Shown here: in pieces, positions 27,601 through 41,599 of the stretch
Numbering within the stretch: position 1 is the stretch's first letter
Layout: each line of letters begins with the position of its first letter
Notes under the pieces: model-generated
Seen by the model: the letters and a program-made list of their open reading frames with translations, nothing else
The model's database searches: none
What the model was told of the DNA's origin: nothing
Origin: Choristocarpus tenellus KU-1152
Lineage: Eukaryota > Protista > Phaeophyceae
NCBI GenBank assembly: GCA_964200185.2
Contig: CAXNAD020000005.1
Coordinates: 1 to 63,872 of the forward strand
DNA length: 63,872 nt
Direction of reading: 5' to 3'
Made by a program: the position numbers and the translations under genes

Positions 27601-28357
27601 AATTTTTTACATTAGCAAGTTTGAATCTATTTCATGGAGAAGCCACAGCAGATGTCTTTGATATGGGAAGGCGTCTATTCAGCTGATGTGTAGTACTTGT
27701 ATGTCACCTCATGTTTGTTGTATTGGATGCATGAAATTATCTTCCTTCCTGCACAGAATGGAAACATATCAATCCCAACATTTTTTGGGGGTCCAATTAG
27801 GATGTACACCCAAAACATGATGTTGGTTATGTGCACCTGAGATGCGTTTGATTGCAATCTTCCAATTGTCTACAGTGTTGCGTTTTTGATGTTTGAAGTA
27901 TAAATGGTTTTCAAACACTATAAAATGCATCCTATACAAATAATGTGTTGATGTTGAATCCTGGACTGAACCACCTGTAGTCTCTTCTTCAAATATTGTT
28001 TTTTCTGCTGACTTGGCTTCTCAACAAAAGAGTCAAATGTGCCTAAAGTAGCCTCAGTTTTGTTTCACCCACCTGAATATGAGATGCGCACCACCTCCTA
28101 CAATACATTACCTGGACTACATGGAATGAATTTTTGGGCACTGTCTGTTTGAAGTTCAAACAACAATACAATCTACAAGGGCTGTTACCTTAATGTAACT
28201 ATAATTGTTTCCTTGTCTCCCTGTCCCCACACACTCCCTCTCCTTTTCTATGCAGTTGACAATACGTCAAAATGTGGAGAAGGAAGTTAGTAGACATAAT
28301 AGTGCAGATGTGATCGAATCAGATGAGGAAGAGGATGTGCCCATGACCTATCTCTGA
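24603..28357 (+). CDS. NSE2: E3 SUMO ligase NSE2/MMS21 (SMC5/6 subunit, SP-RING zinc finger), 7 exons
   Basis: Exons 24603-24736, 24999-25080, 25211-25294, 25576-25692, 26230-26328, 26823-26963, 28256-28357. Acidic patch DDDDLEVM, then SP-RING pattern SIKCPLT..FKEPVKSKKCGHTFDK..CPVAGC..L..EDLVPDKEM. Confidence 0.9.
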
Positions 28358-30432
28358 TGTGGAATCATGATTTAAGGTGGAGGGAGGCGTTTCACTTCAA
28401 TCACATTGATACTGCACCTTTAGTAACTAGTTTAGGGAAGGCATTGCAGTAGGGGAGCCTGTGTAAGGGTATCATGTCGTAACCTGTAGATTGACATACC
28501 TACTGGTCCATGAAGTCAGCACATCCATACTAGTACTTGCCTCACCAAATCACTGCCATCTATGTAGGTAGCCTTGAGCTGGATGTAAATAGGTCAAAAA
28601 GCTCAAGAGATGAGAAAAGCATCATCCCTGGTGTAGAAGGACCAGCACCCAATAGCAACGTCAATGTACTAGTAGTGGAAAATCTGCCTTTCCCCTCAAA
28701 CCGTTCATGTTTAGTGTGTTGCATAGTTGTGTATGATAGTTAAGAATTAGAAGGTTTTGTTTAGTAGCTGAAGATTCAAACCCTTTTTGATAGGAAGTCT
28801 GTCGCATGGAACAGGTCTCTAGTGCTGTACTGTGCATTGAACTTGAAAGGTTAGAGTTGCTAACTCCTGTGTAAATGAGATGTGAAACTGTAATCTTGAG
28901 TGTTACTCCAAGTGAGGAATACATTTTTCTGTCTGTGAGAAGTGACCTGTCTCTTGTGTTGTGAAGTGTGGATGAATTGCAGTCATGTTCAAGGGCCTTC
29001 AATCCTCTCATTTCTTTAATTCTCACCTGATTCCACTTTGGACTGACAAAAAAAAATAATGCATTGAATATTCTAACACACCCTTTTCTGTCCACAGGTG
29101 AGGAATACTGAGTAGTCTATCATCCACATACCATTTAGTGACTCATTTTGGTAGCATCTTGAAGTTCAAATTGAGGCCACAACCCTGTCAAGTAACATAT
29201 GAAGAAACAGTCCCTGAAATTTCTACTCTGCATACAGACTCTGAACACAACTTGGGGTAAAGCTGCACAAGTTGATATGTATGCAGCATGGTAAAGTCAT
29301 GATCTAAGAATGTGAGGTATGGCATTCTTCTCACAAATGAGAAATGAATCAAAGCAATGGTTAAGTCACAAATTTGATATGTACTATCAATAGAGCAGTG
29401 TTAGGTACAAATTCGACATGAATGGGATGGCTAATATTGAACAGACTGTACTAACTGGGCATATTCCAAAAAAGGCTGTTTTGCTTAGGTAGAGGGAAAG
29501 AAGTAAATGTAGTTAATATATCAGAAGCCTGCTGATTTAAACCACAGATACACGTAATTTTTGGTGTAAAGATAATCTTCGGTTTCATTCATGACCACAC
29601 TACTACACCACCAACCCCATTTCAAAAATTACTTCCCAGGAAGAGAGGGCCAATCAAAATGCCCAATCCATAATTTGGATTTTGAGGCAAAGGTTTCATC
29701 CACCATTTTATCCTGCTGATAGGCGTATGGGTATCAGCAGGATATTGGCAACACCAAAAGGGGTTATTTCTCAGCTTTACTATTTGAATGGACTTGGCAA
29801 GGGTGTATGACAGTATGAGCACCCCAGCAATATTACATGGGAGAGTCATATTAACGATCCCAACGTAATCATTGGGTATCCCTATGGCTAGGAAAACTGT
29901 ACAGATGAATGCTCAAAACAACAAGACCTACTTCTACAGCACACATGCCCCTATCCATATTTCAGTGCGCCTTCAACTATGTTGAAAACCAAGGGTAACA
30001 CGAAATACATTGCACACGCATGGGGGGTAAGGTGTTCACCCACAGCTGCTAGGACAAAAAGCTACTGGTATACTTCTGTAAACAGTACATCCTCCCAAGA
30101 TTACCATAAATACAATGTTTTCCCCAATTCCTTGAGTCTACCAACCACAAATGCGCCACATATCAGCTGAAAGGGTGCTTCTAGACTCTCCACAAGGCGA
30201 AGTCGAGGGCAGGGGGCCCAAATCATTGCTCGCATTGTGAAACCTGCAGAAAACCAGGCCCAAAACCCACAACAAGATCATGACGTTGGGAACTCCGCTC
30301 AACCGTTTGTGTGATGTCTCAAGCTGAATGGGAAATATGATGGTTCTCTTAACATGGCGCGCACGAAATCTACTTGAGGGGAAAGCTTAGCCCTGTAGGT
30401 GCTATAATGTGGCATGAAGGCCACCTTGATAT

Positions 30433-31284
<852 letters not shown>

Positions 31285-34200
31285 ATGTACCACTCCCTGA
31301 TAGAACAGTTGGCTGGATCATCCCTTCTTCTTTCCCCGACTATGGAAGAGAGGGTATGCTTTAAGGGAGAAAGAAAATCGAATACAAACAGCATTTGTCA
31401 GTCTGTTAGACATGGCCAGTATCCACTTCCTCCATCTCGGCCCCGGCGAGCCGCCTTGGCTCTTATCCTGCGGTCTGCTCTTTGCTCATCACCCTCATCA
31501 TATTTGAATGATCTCAGTTCAAACCACCATATCTTACAACAAGGGGAAGAGGGACGAGACGACCAAGTACTGCTGATCCGGCGTGCCATCAATCCCAGGC
31601 AAGTGGTGTGATTCGTGGCAGAAAAACGAATCGGTCCCTCCAGAAAGATCTGTAATACAAGATAAATCGAGGTGAGCTGAAGGAAGCTGAGCATAGCCCT
31701 CCCAGAAATGAGATATTTTTTGAGGGACATTTTTGTGACAATGTGCAGGGACAAGTGGAGTGGGCATGTGGCGTTGCCAGGTGGGCGACAGGAGTTCGGA
31801 GAAACTGACCTTCAGACCGCCGTCAGGGAATGCAGGGAGGAGGTCGGGATTGAGCTATCTTCCAGGTAAGTAGAATTATTTGATGTACTCAAGTCAAAAC
31901 ATTGTATGAAAATGGGATGGTCCGACCTCCACCTTACGGTATAATGATCATTCCTCGGATCAATCGAGACCTGGATGACACAGTCGCACCAGGCTATTGC
32001 CGCGAGTGTAGATGGTGAATTTAACCGTATCTTCACTATTCCTAACCTGTACCGATTTTGTTTACCCTTGTTCTGTGACATGTTTTCTGTTTGGTGACCA
32101 GGCAGTTTAACCTACTGGGCAGACTGCCGGATAGGAAGATATCAAACTCAAAAAACAAGCTTGCTGTGTCCTGCTTTGGTGAGACGAAACAGCCTTTCCG
32201 TTCCTTCCATATTCATTGTGATACTGGGTGTACCAGCAGAAACAAACCAAAGCATTTTTACCATAAAAACTATGTTGTTTCTCGAAAGAACGTAAGACAT
32301 CACATGAAGCTTCTCTGGCACTCACAGGTACAGTAGTGTTGATACTAATAATTGTTGTACTATAATATACTGTCATAACAAATGTAACCGCATTGCTTGT
32401 TACAGGCATGGACTTATTGTGGCTAACTGTTTTGTTGGTGAAAGTCTTGTGCTTACCCCTTTGCATAACTATCTAGTGGTGAGAAGAATGAGTACCGAAG
32501 ATTGTATGAACACTAATCCTAACCTTGTCTTAATTGAAGCATGCATGAACTGCAAGTGGTGTGTATGTTGCTCCCCTTCACCCCTTTTAACCCCTGTAAA
32601 TTTCCGTGTATTGCATGCAGTTTTTGTATGCACGGATCCCGTGGAGCTCAGCCTCAAGGTTCAGGAGGCTGAAGTCGCTCATGCATGGTGAGGTTGAGTT
32701 GGGCAAGGGACTGCCAGTTGTCAATGTTTTGTTCAGTGCAGTACTGCAGCATTCTTGCATCATTCAGTTGAGCTTATAGTAGAATTGTATTAAACATGAA
32801 GGAGATGCCTGAACCACATGGCACAAATGTGTTTATTCACATCTGGTTGAGTCGATTGGAGTAGTGTAGAGACGTACCTGTTCATATGATCTCCATGCCA
32901 TGGCCCTGCACAAGAAGAGATAGTCATACCATAAGTTGTGGAAAATGTTGGTCCCTCTTTCACACAAATTTAATTAACTCTACTTTCCAACCCATCATTG
33001 CTCACCGTTTCCCCGGTGGATAGTAAGTCATTTGCCACACAAACTATTACTGTAGCAAGTAATGGGTGTTGTTCTCCACTGTGTGTAACACAGTTGATGA
33101 GATTGGTACAGTGTCATGATGTTAGTAGCAGACGTAAGAGTCCTCATTTATTGGGTTAGGGTTAGGATTAGGGTTATGCACGATTTTTGTGCACTTGGGT
33201 TCAGGCATAGTTGTTGAAGCTCTACATTATACTTTTTTTTAATGCTATTAATACCGTATGTATCAACCATAGCAGTACAAGCGATTTGTTGTAGTTCAGC
33301 AAGACCAAAGCTAGGTCTAAACCTACCCCTTTGCCTGTGATCATTGGATTTCTTCAGGTGTACATAAGTCCTTGGTATTATTTTTCTTTTTTTTAATGCA
33401 GGGATGAGATTAGCAAACATCTGTCAGCACTTATTGTTTTTCGATGTTACTAATACTTTTCTTTTTCTTTAACTCACTACTTTGAACTTTATAATATTGT
33501 TATTAATAATATTGTGTTTTCATTCATGAGTTTAACCCTCTCAAACCCCACGGTCAGGGGTTGAAAGGAATAGGAAGTGGTAAATGAAACATACATGACA
33601 GCAGAAAGAGAAAAAGGAAAATCGGTCAACTCAGGTACAGTTACGGAGGGTCAGTCATCAGGTGTACATTAATTGTTCAAAAAAACACCAGCAGCATGAC
33701 GAAGCTCAAATTCTTTGAGAGAGAAAAAAAAAGGCTCAAGGTCCACTAATGGGGCCTCCACTGACTCGATTACTATTCCAGAGCACAGAAATAAAAAAAA
33801 AAAAAAGCAAGACAGAGAAACAAACAACATAGTTGGTCTCATCCCTATGCTATTAGTGCTCTCCTGCAGTGCATACCTCCACCATTGCTATGGTGTTACG
33901 GGTATGGCAACATTTGCTTGTTGTTGCATTGTGTGTGAAGTTCTCAAAATGTATGTGCATGCATTGTACCAATCTGATAAGTTCCTTTGCAGCAACCTCA
34001 TCATTCGTGTGGGTAGGTGATGAAGGGCAACGTTTGAAAATGAAGCATTCTTCAGTTAGCTGCTTTGATCTTTTTTTAAACATTTCTGTTCCTACAGGTG
34101 GGTAGGCGCAGGTTTGTTTTTTCCTGAGCACAAGAATCAGCATATTGGCTTGTCAGTGTCCACTATGTTGCCGGCAGCAAGTTTATTGAGGGTGAGTGAC

Positions 34201-37200
34201 AGTCTCTTCCCGCCATTCATACAATAGCAACTCCGGGAATAAGTGATGTCATTGATTGGACTCTGCTTGTCACCTTTGAGTTGAATGGGTGGGACCGATG
34301 ACAGATGAGAAGGTGTATGTTGCAATATTTGGCGAGAACTTGATAGGTGAGAGTCACACGCCAAGATTTATAATAGTGATAATAATAATAATAAAACTTC
34401 CTCCGTTCAGAATTGAAGGTAACATAACTTTTGCGACCTCCGTCCTTTTGCCCGGGAACAACCTACATGATAAATCCCTCTGGATAAGGCCTAGTTCTCA
34501 TAGAGAGGCGTACAAAGTTCAAGGTGGTGGGCTGTCATGACTGTGGAGGACCACCAGTGCAGAGTCAACCAAGTCGCATTTGACGGGGTCCAAAAACCTC
34601 GTGAAAATGTCACAGTGGGTGTTTATTGGGATGCCTAGGATAAAGGCCCCAGGTCATTGGAACAGCTCCTTCATCTTGTTCTTGCCTGTCGGTCCCAATC
34701 CTTTGATACACAAGTTTGTCTGGGGTCCAGACTCAAATGTCCTGATGGAGAACAGCGTGGTGGCTAGATGCCTGGAGGTGAGAGGGCACAAGACTTGGAT
34801 GCCTGGAGGGACAGTGGTGGCCATTGTGGAGGACTTTGGAATCTCCCGGATCACTGTGTTCTGTCATGTGAAGGAGTATGAAACCCAGATTGCATGGGGT
34901 GAATGCATGGACCTTGAGCGATGTCACAAGGGGCTATGTGGCCACTGTAGAAGTATCATTGACGATTGGGGTGTCCCATCGCTACACCACGAATCCTTCT
35001 GCAAATGGGCGGCCAAAGCTGGGGTCTCTCTTGCCTCGATGTGGGATCTGTGCAAGTGTGAGGAGGTGGAGAAGTTTAATCGGTGGATGAAACCAGTCCT
35101 CTCAGACCAGCGGAGAGTGAACAGGGGGGGAAGTAGGGTGTTAATGGAAAATCTACATGACTGGGTGCTATGTGGACAAAAAGTGGTTTTACATCCTTGA
35201 AGATGGGCAAGGTGTGTATGCACCCCACTGAGGACCCCTCCAAACCCCAATGGGCATAGATTAAGAATTGCATTATGAAGGTGATGTTCCATTGCAGCTG
35301 TGGTTTGATGGGAAAATTAGGATCTGACCAATCGTGGACACTAAGGTTGCTCAATATTCAGCAAACACTGCCCCAAGGGCACAAAGGTGCTTGTGCCAGT
35401 CACAGTGGATGGGGAAAGATATAAGAAGCTCACGATCGCCAGTCACAGTGGATGTCACCGGGAATCTAGGCCTGCATGCCTAGATTGGACCATAAGGACA
35501 CACCATTTTTATGCAGCAGGATTGGGCAAAGTTACAAACCAAGGGGGAGATCATGGAGGCAATTGAGGAGGCAGCGAGGGACGATGTTTTTCATAGAGAC
35601 CCAGCCAGCCAACTCACCTGACCTCAACGCCAACAACCTGGGATTATTTCCTTCCATTCAGCAACTGAAGGAAGACATGGGCGTGACCAACACATGGGAG
35701 CTGGTGGATCCACAATGGAGGCATTCAATGTGTACACCTGGGAGGCACCAGAGTGCGACTGGTAGAGCCTCTTTGCAGTCTATGGTGAAGTGCTGAGGTC
35801 AAGGGTGATGTCTTCGAAATTCCCCATCTTAGCAAGGAAACGGCTGAGAAGGCAGGCAGCTCCCCCCAAATGCACTGGTGGATGTGGCGAAATACCATGC
35901 TATAATGGAGTTTTGGAGGGCTTCGAGGGGGAAAATCATAGGTATAGGCTGCCCGATTTTTTTTGAATTTTTGCTGGGCAACATTGTAGTGTCTGTGCAA
36001 TACACCCATAAAATATCAACATGTGAAAAAATATATATTGCTTTCTCATTGGGGCTGCAAAAGCTATGTTACATTTAATTCCGAACGGAGGGAATACTGT
36101 GATAGAATTACCTTTCCATCCCTTACTTACCCCTAACCCTCAATGTTGGGACTTTTCAACTTCCGTTATCAACGGCACTACATGGTCCACTACAAACTCT
36201 CCCTTGGCACCAAAACAAACTCACCAACCTTGTTGGGTGTTGTCTCACTCACCCTGACCTTCAAAAAGACACACCCCCTTGTGACTCCCACCTGTATGTG
36301 ACAGTTTTGTGTTCCCCTATTGTTCTGTCCGCTGCCCCTCTTATGTTTCCCTCCAGATGGTTCTCTTGCTGCTGAGGCTACGAACGCTCTATTTCCCATG
36401 CTTTTACCTTCCACTACCACCTGGAGTCACACCCCCTCCCTTAGCCCAAGACAAGGGGGGGGAGAGTGGCAACGTGGCTAACATAGTTCCAAGAGGAAGT
36501 GAGGCAGGGTTTGTGCTATGGGGATTTACTTTTGGTGTGATATCAGACATGGTTGTGGCTGCTGGTGGAGTACCTTTTGCACAACCTCCTCCATACTTCA
36601 AGTGAGCGGCTATAAAGTCATGCTTCTGTTTTGTCTGTACAGCACTATTCAGATATTTGTTGTTCATTTGTTGTTTTTTCTATTGTACTATTATAAACAA
36701 GGTGTATGTGTGGGTATATAGGGGTTGCCTGTCCTCATGCAGAACCTGTCTTTACTGATCGTAGCTGTAGTATGTGTGTGTGAGTATGCCCCACACCATT
36801 TGAGGCATTTTTAAGGCAAGGTTTAGAATTGTTTAGTCTATTAATATTAATAGAAGATGGGGATATAGCGCACTGGATGGCGTGCAATATCAGAATACCA
36901 CTTGCAAGATTTGTTGCAGAAATAATAGGAAATGAAACAAAAGCATGTTTGTGTGGTGGATGCATTTTTCGTTGTAAATATCTTGATGTTGTTATAAAAT
37001 GGTGACTACCTACCTACGATTCCATACCCTCTCTGTGCAACCTTTGACAAAACTTGCATTATATTTTTTCGTAGTACCTCAATAGGGACCACTACAGTAC
37101 CATGAATACAGTATCATAGTACCTTCCAGTGCACAGAGTTGTCTTGTGTGTTGCTTGCCCATTCTTGGGCCTGGTCTGGTTGGCAGAGGTGGGGCTACTT

Positions 37201-37647
37201 GTAACCCAACCAATGTACCACTATTATTCAACATATATACTTTCTTTTGTATTTTTATGACAGCTTCACACTATCATTTTTTACTGTTTAGAATACATTT
37301 CTGGTCGATTGAAGATTGACTGGCTTGGGATTTGGTTCATATTTTAGTTTTCATTCCATGCTTTTAAGTTCATTTATGCAAATTGAACAGTCTAAATTTC
37401 ACACCAAATCAAGATTAAAATGCATTGGCCGTGCAATGTTGACCTACCCACCACCTGAACAGTGGCATATGGAACAGGATACCTTCCATTAGAAACACAC
37501 ATTAATGAGGCAAAATGATGATGAAGCATGTTTGCATCTCTTGTCAGGTTTTGTAACCCTGTGGCGGATTTTCTGTTACGAGCCTACTACTGTAGCATAA
37601 GGGCTGCAACATTGATGGTGAAGAAGATGATGGGTTACAAAGGCTAA
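31285..37647 (+). CDS. Nudix hydrolase of the CoA-pyrophosphatase (NUDT7/NUDT8/PCD1-like) type
   Basis: RRAALALILR..VLLIRRAINP|RDKWSGHVALPGGRQEFGETDLQTAVRECREEVG (Nudix box). Later exons 31749-31865, 32102-32178, 32621-32687, 34098-34191, 36357-36601 (VLWGFT motif), 37548-37647. Start codon and first small introns are uncertain. Confidence 0.85.
34397..36094 (+). mobile_element. Decayed plant-type (DD39D-like) Tc1/mariner transposon with Stowaway-like TIRs, inside a Nudix gene intron
   Basis: ~35-bp TIRs CTTCCTCCGTTCAGAATTGAAGGTAACATAACTTT / AAAGCTATGTTACATTTAATTCCGAACGGAGGGAA, followed by TA. Frameshifted transposase motifs MKPVLSD, VDKKWFYIL, IMKVMF, FDGKIRI*P, QPANSPDLNANNLGLF. Confidence 0.88.
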
Positions 37648-40600
37648 GACTAGGTCGCTAGCAACAGATGGAGGTGGAGGAGCACACTCTTACAAATTTT
37701 GACCTGCCCTGAGAAGCAGAAGGAAAATACAGTTACGTAGTTCACATCAGATTTCCGTTTGGCGGACTATCAGCATATGGTATACAGTATGTGGGAGTGC
37801 TGTTGCATAGACCTTAGTAGTGTCTGTTCCATTTGTAAGTACTTGGTATAACTCTGGAAGAGATCTCTTCTGTATGAAGCTAGTTCTTGGTACATGTTTT
37901 GAATCAGATTTAGAAGCGTTCTTTTCTTGTAACATTTTATTACTCACAACTTTTCAGGTGTTACACTGTTGGTTGTGCTATATCTGGAACTAAGAATGTA
38001 ACTGGTGACACTGTGTGACATATGTTTTCCTCTGCAGCCATTAGACTCTCTTTGGTACCCTCACATGTTAAAGGATACTGAACATGTTCATTGTTCCACT
38101 TGTGCTTTCAGTATATATATTGGTCCAGAGTGTATTGATACTCTTGTAAGTTTTTTCCTTATATTTTCTATGCAATACTTCTTTGGTAACTGTGAGTATG
38201 GCAGTGTGTGGTGAAACTGGAGGATAAGGGCAACATCCAGGTTTGTGGTATGAAGAATTAATTTATGTTGCAACACAATGGGCAAGGAATTTGCATACAC
38301 CATCAAATATACCATGCAGAACGTTGAGGCTTTCAAACTCTGAGAATTTGAATTGATAATAGATGTTTTTCACTCCGTACCAACCTATTGTAGAACACTC
38401 CATCCGAAAAACTATCCCAATTACGTATTAATTCTCTTCTACACAATCATTTCCGATCAAAAGTTCATGGATAAGATCCAACGCTTTTGTCTATTGGATT
38501 ACGAAAAATATAATGGTGCTCTAGCGGCGATGCAATGAACACTACTGTTCCTGTTGGGATATCTTCTTTTTCTTTAACTCATTTTTTGCAGCCACTTGTT
38601 CATTACACTCCTATATTATGGATGGCATTGTGTCAGGCTGCATGGTGTGCATTTTTGTGCAACCATACCATTTTCTGTTTCACAACAGAGGGCCCGTTAT
38701 CTTCTTCTCTTTCTTTTCCAACATACAGAGAGTCTACTGATCCAAAGCATAATATGCCTCCATCTATCTGGTTTTTCCATATATAACTTGTTTGAGCTCC
38801 TTCGACAGCACCCACCATGTTCATTATCTCTTTTGAACACATCGAATACATGCAATACTTGGTATTTTTCTGGTTCACTGATCAGTTCTAGTATCTGCAT
38901 GTATATGCAGTAATGGAGTGTGACTACCTAGACCCTGCGACACATTTTTCATAAGCATAACAATGTGTAATTAAGAAAGTCCATCATGGAGTAACAAGGT
39001 ATTGTTGCTAAAATTGAGAGACTAGTGGTGAGAAAAGGATGAGGATACAGGAGTGAAATCACTGGTTTCCTGTCTCCGCAGCATACAGTTCAAAGACATG
39101 TCATCCTCAGGATTCATATATTATCTTCTGCAATTTTGGGGGCAAGCTGAATCTCATGGGAGTTGATTTGAAGTCCTAACTCCACATCTAACTTTATACA
39201 TGGACATGAACAGCGTGTGGGATGGAACCTGACATCCTGAGGCATTGATCAAGTGATTGTGGTCCTTCATCAGTAGTGGGAATTTCATCAAATGAATAAT
39301 CCTGCTCTATATGGTAGATACCAGACTGGTGTTTTGAGGGAGGTAAGTGCTTCATTTTAGCTCAGGGTTTGAGCTTAGATTCTCCCTTTGTTGATCAGAG
39401 ATGTGAATGTAGCATGTATTATTGTTTGTCAAGGGTCATCTTTTGTTGTTCGAGAGAGTTTGCTAGCATGCCTGTTAGATCAGTCAAGAAGGCCATCCGT
39501 CTTGTTTATGAATCGATTCTGACTCTCTAGTGAAGGATTGATAGTATGGTGACTTCACGCCCACCCAACAACACAAATAAGTGTGTACCTCTGTCCTCAT
39601 ATGAATGGATACAACAACATAGGCAAACTACGTAGGGAAAAACCCACCTGGAGGATATTCTCTTCAGTCGTTCTTGACTCCTCTGAGTTTGAGACCACAA
39701 AGGAACAACCCATGTGAGAAATTCTTCTTGTCATGAGGTTGAGGGGCTCACGTCCATGGGGGGGGGGGGGATGTGGAGATCAGGTCTNNNNNNNNAAGAA
39801 AACACCCTTTGGAAAAATTTTTTTTTTATGGGGGTGAGGGGCTCCCCGTCCGGGGGGGGGGGGGGGGAATGTGGAGATCAGGTCTGACAGACACCTCCAG
39901 ATGCACATCTAAGGTTGACAGCTTTACCAAGGGTCTTTCCTGCTTTCCGAGTCCAAGGACACCTCCAGTGGGACATCTCTGGTCAAGAGCCCTGCCAACA
40001 GAATTTGTCTTGATTAACTGAGGCTCACCATTTATGGATTTTTCGTCCCCTGCTGTTGTCAGAATTTGCATGGATTGTTAATCCCACCTCTTTGTCAGAA
40101 TCATCATTGAATCTTCATTGAGTTAGGGTCAGAATCTCCATCGATTCTTTCTCTCTCAGATCCCCTTGAGTGACGATGGTCTCTTTTGGACCCTCTCAAA
40201 CGATTCTTGCTTTTTCGAGGTCTATCATGATTGACTCTCATTGGTTTAGGCAAGTTGCAAACTGTTCCAACTCAAGCCATCAGACTTGAGTTGAACCTGT
40301 TCTGTTTCCATTCTGATCAAACTTGTCCGTGCAGCTATGTGCACTGTCTTGAGTTGCCTTGACAATCCATCTCGGCTCATCTCACTCTCTCCTTCACCTT
40401 GATCTTGCTCCTGTCCATATCACCACTGTCCCATTAACAAGACCTCTTTCAGAGATTGGAACCATTCATACTTCCTCTTGCAGTAGTAACAACAGGAGCA
40501 CAATCGATTAACAGTTTCCACTTAGCCCAATACATAGTCCTTTTTCACAGCCTAGTGGATACTACTGACTGTAAAATATAAATAATAATACCACTGTACC

Positions 40601-41055
40601 TTGTACCCAACACATTGCCACTAATAATAATAGTAAAAATAGTAGCACCTCGCATTTTGAAGTGAACAAACGGGTCTTGTATGGCAGTCTCCAATTTCAA
40701 ACCACAAGTACCATGTACATTGAGGCTAGATCCCCTAACCAAAGTACAGTTGAGAAAAAGTGCGCTCTTCACTTCATTCCCTCCATATTGCCTCCTTACA
40801 TGGTCCGTAGTCCTAACCATAGCCGAAAAATGCTATCAATACAAGAATTGATATTGATGTAATAGCGAGGAACAACCTCATGAAAAAATTGAAAATATCT
40901 CCGCATATCCATCGCAGTCTCCACAACCGGCAATAGTAAATTGTAATACTAGCATTGTAGTAACAACCTAGAGTTGTACCCACTCACCCGTAGAAAACGG
41001 CTTTCACTTGTGAGACCAACAAAAGACATGGAGGCATCTTGGCAACTTTGGTGGC

Positions 41056-41327
41056 GAGTCAAAGTGTTGAAGAGGGTACGAGTTTTTGCCTGTTTGTCAG
41101 TTCGGGGCTTGACTTCCCACAATTTTTTTATGCCCTTTTTCGGGTTTCTGTGTGAATACAGTTACTCTAACCCTATAATGTATACAACAACGAAAGGTGT
41201 GTCCGGAGCAAAGATATTGACACTTGCTAACAAACATGATAGTCAAAATTGCATCAAAATCGCAAGATTGGATTTATTTTATGACCCCCGAATGAAGGTG
41301 ACCCTACCCTCTTAAATGATTTGGGTC
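41056..41327 (-). mobile_element. MITE family A, older diverged copy
   Basis: Degenerate TIRs GAGTCAAAGTGTTGAAGAGGGTA ... TACCCTCTTAAATGATTTGGGTC. Internal blocks (TCCGGAGCAAAGATATTGACACTT, AACAAACATGATAGTCAAAATTGCATCAAAAT) match family A in reverse. Confidence 0.8.
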
Positions 41328-41599
41328 TGGTGCAGCCGAGAACAGCACACATAAGTTAGACCCAACAGAAAAATACGCTGTAGAGATGGTTACGATCAAT
41401 ACTGGGGTGAACCGTCTTTCTTGATACATTTCCCTTAGTTTTAAGAGGTCTACACAATATGAATTCCAAAAAAGGCCGTGGAAATCATCCGTGTCATCAC
41501 AACACCAAAAAGGTCGAGAACGCACTTAAGAATATGAGCACTTCAGGGATATGATCTATGTATCACCTAATAAGTGATGTACCACCTCTTTAGGTGCAA

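Noticed and set aside
32898-32926. CATGGCCCTGCACAAG resembling U6 snRNA
   Set aside because: Too short and mismatched, with no ACAGAGA box or 5' stem.
34580-35200. 206-aa ORF as an independent gene
   Set aside because: Lies within the mariner TIRs and is a frameshifted part of the decayed transposase.
39757-39890. Direct repeat G(n)ATGTGGAGATCAGGTCT flanking Ns
   Set aside because: Unmerged contig overlap at a homopolymer, not an LTR or TSD.
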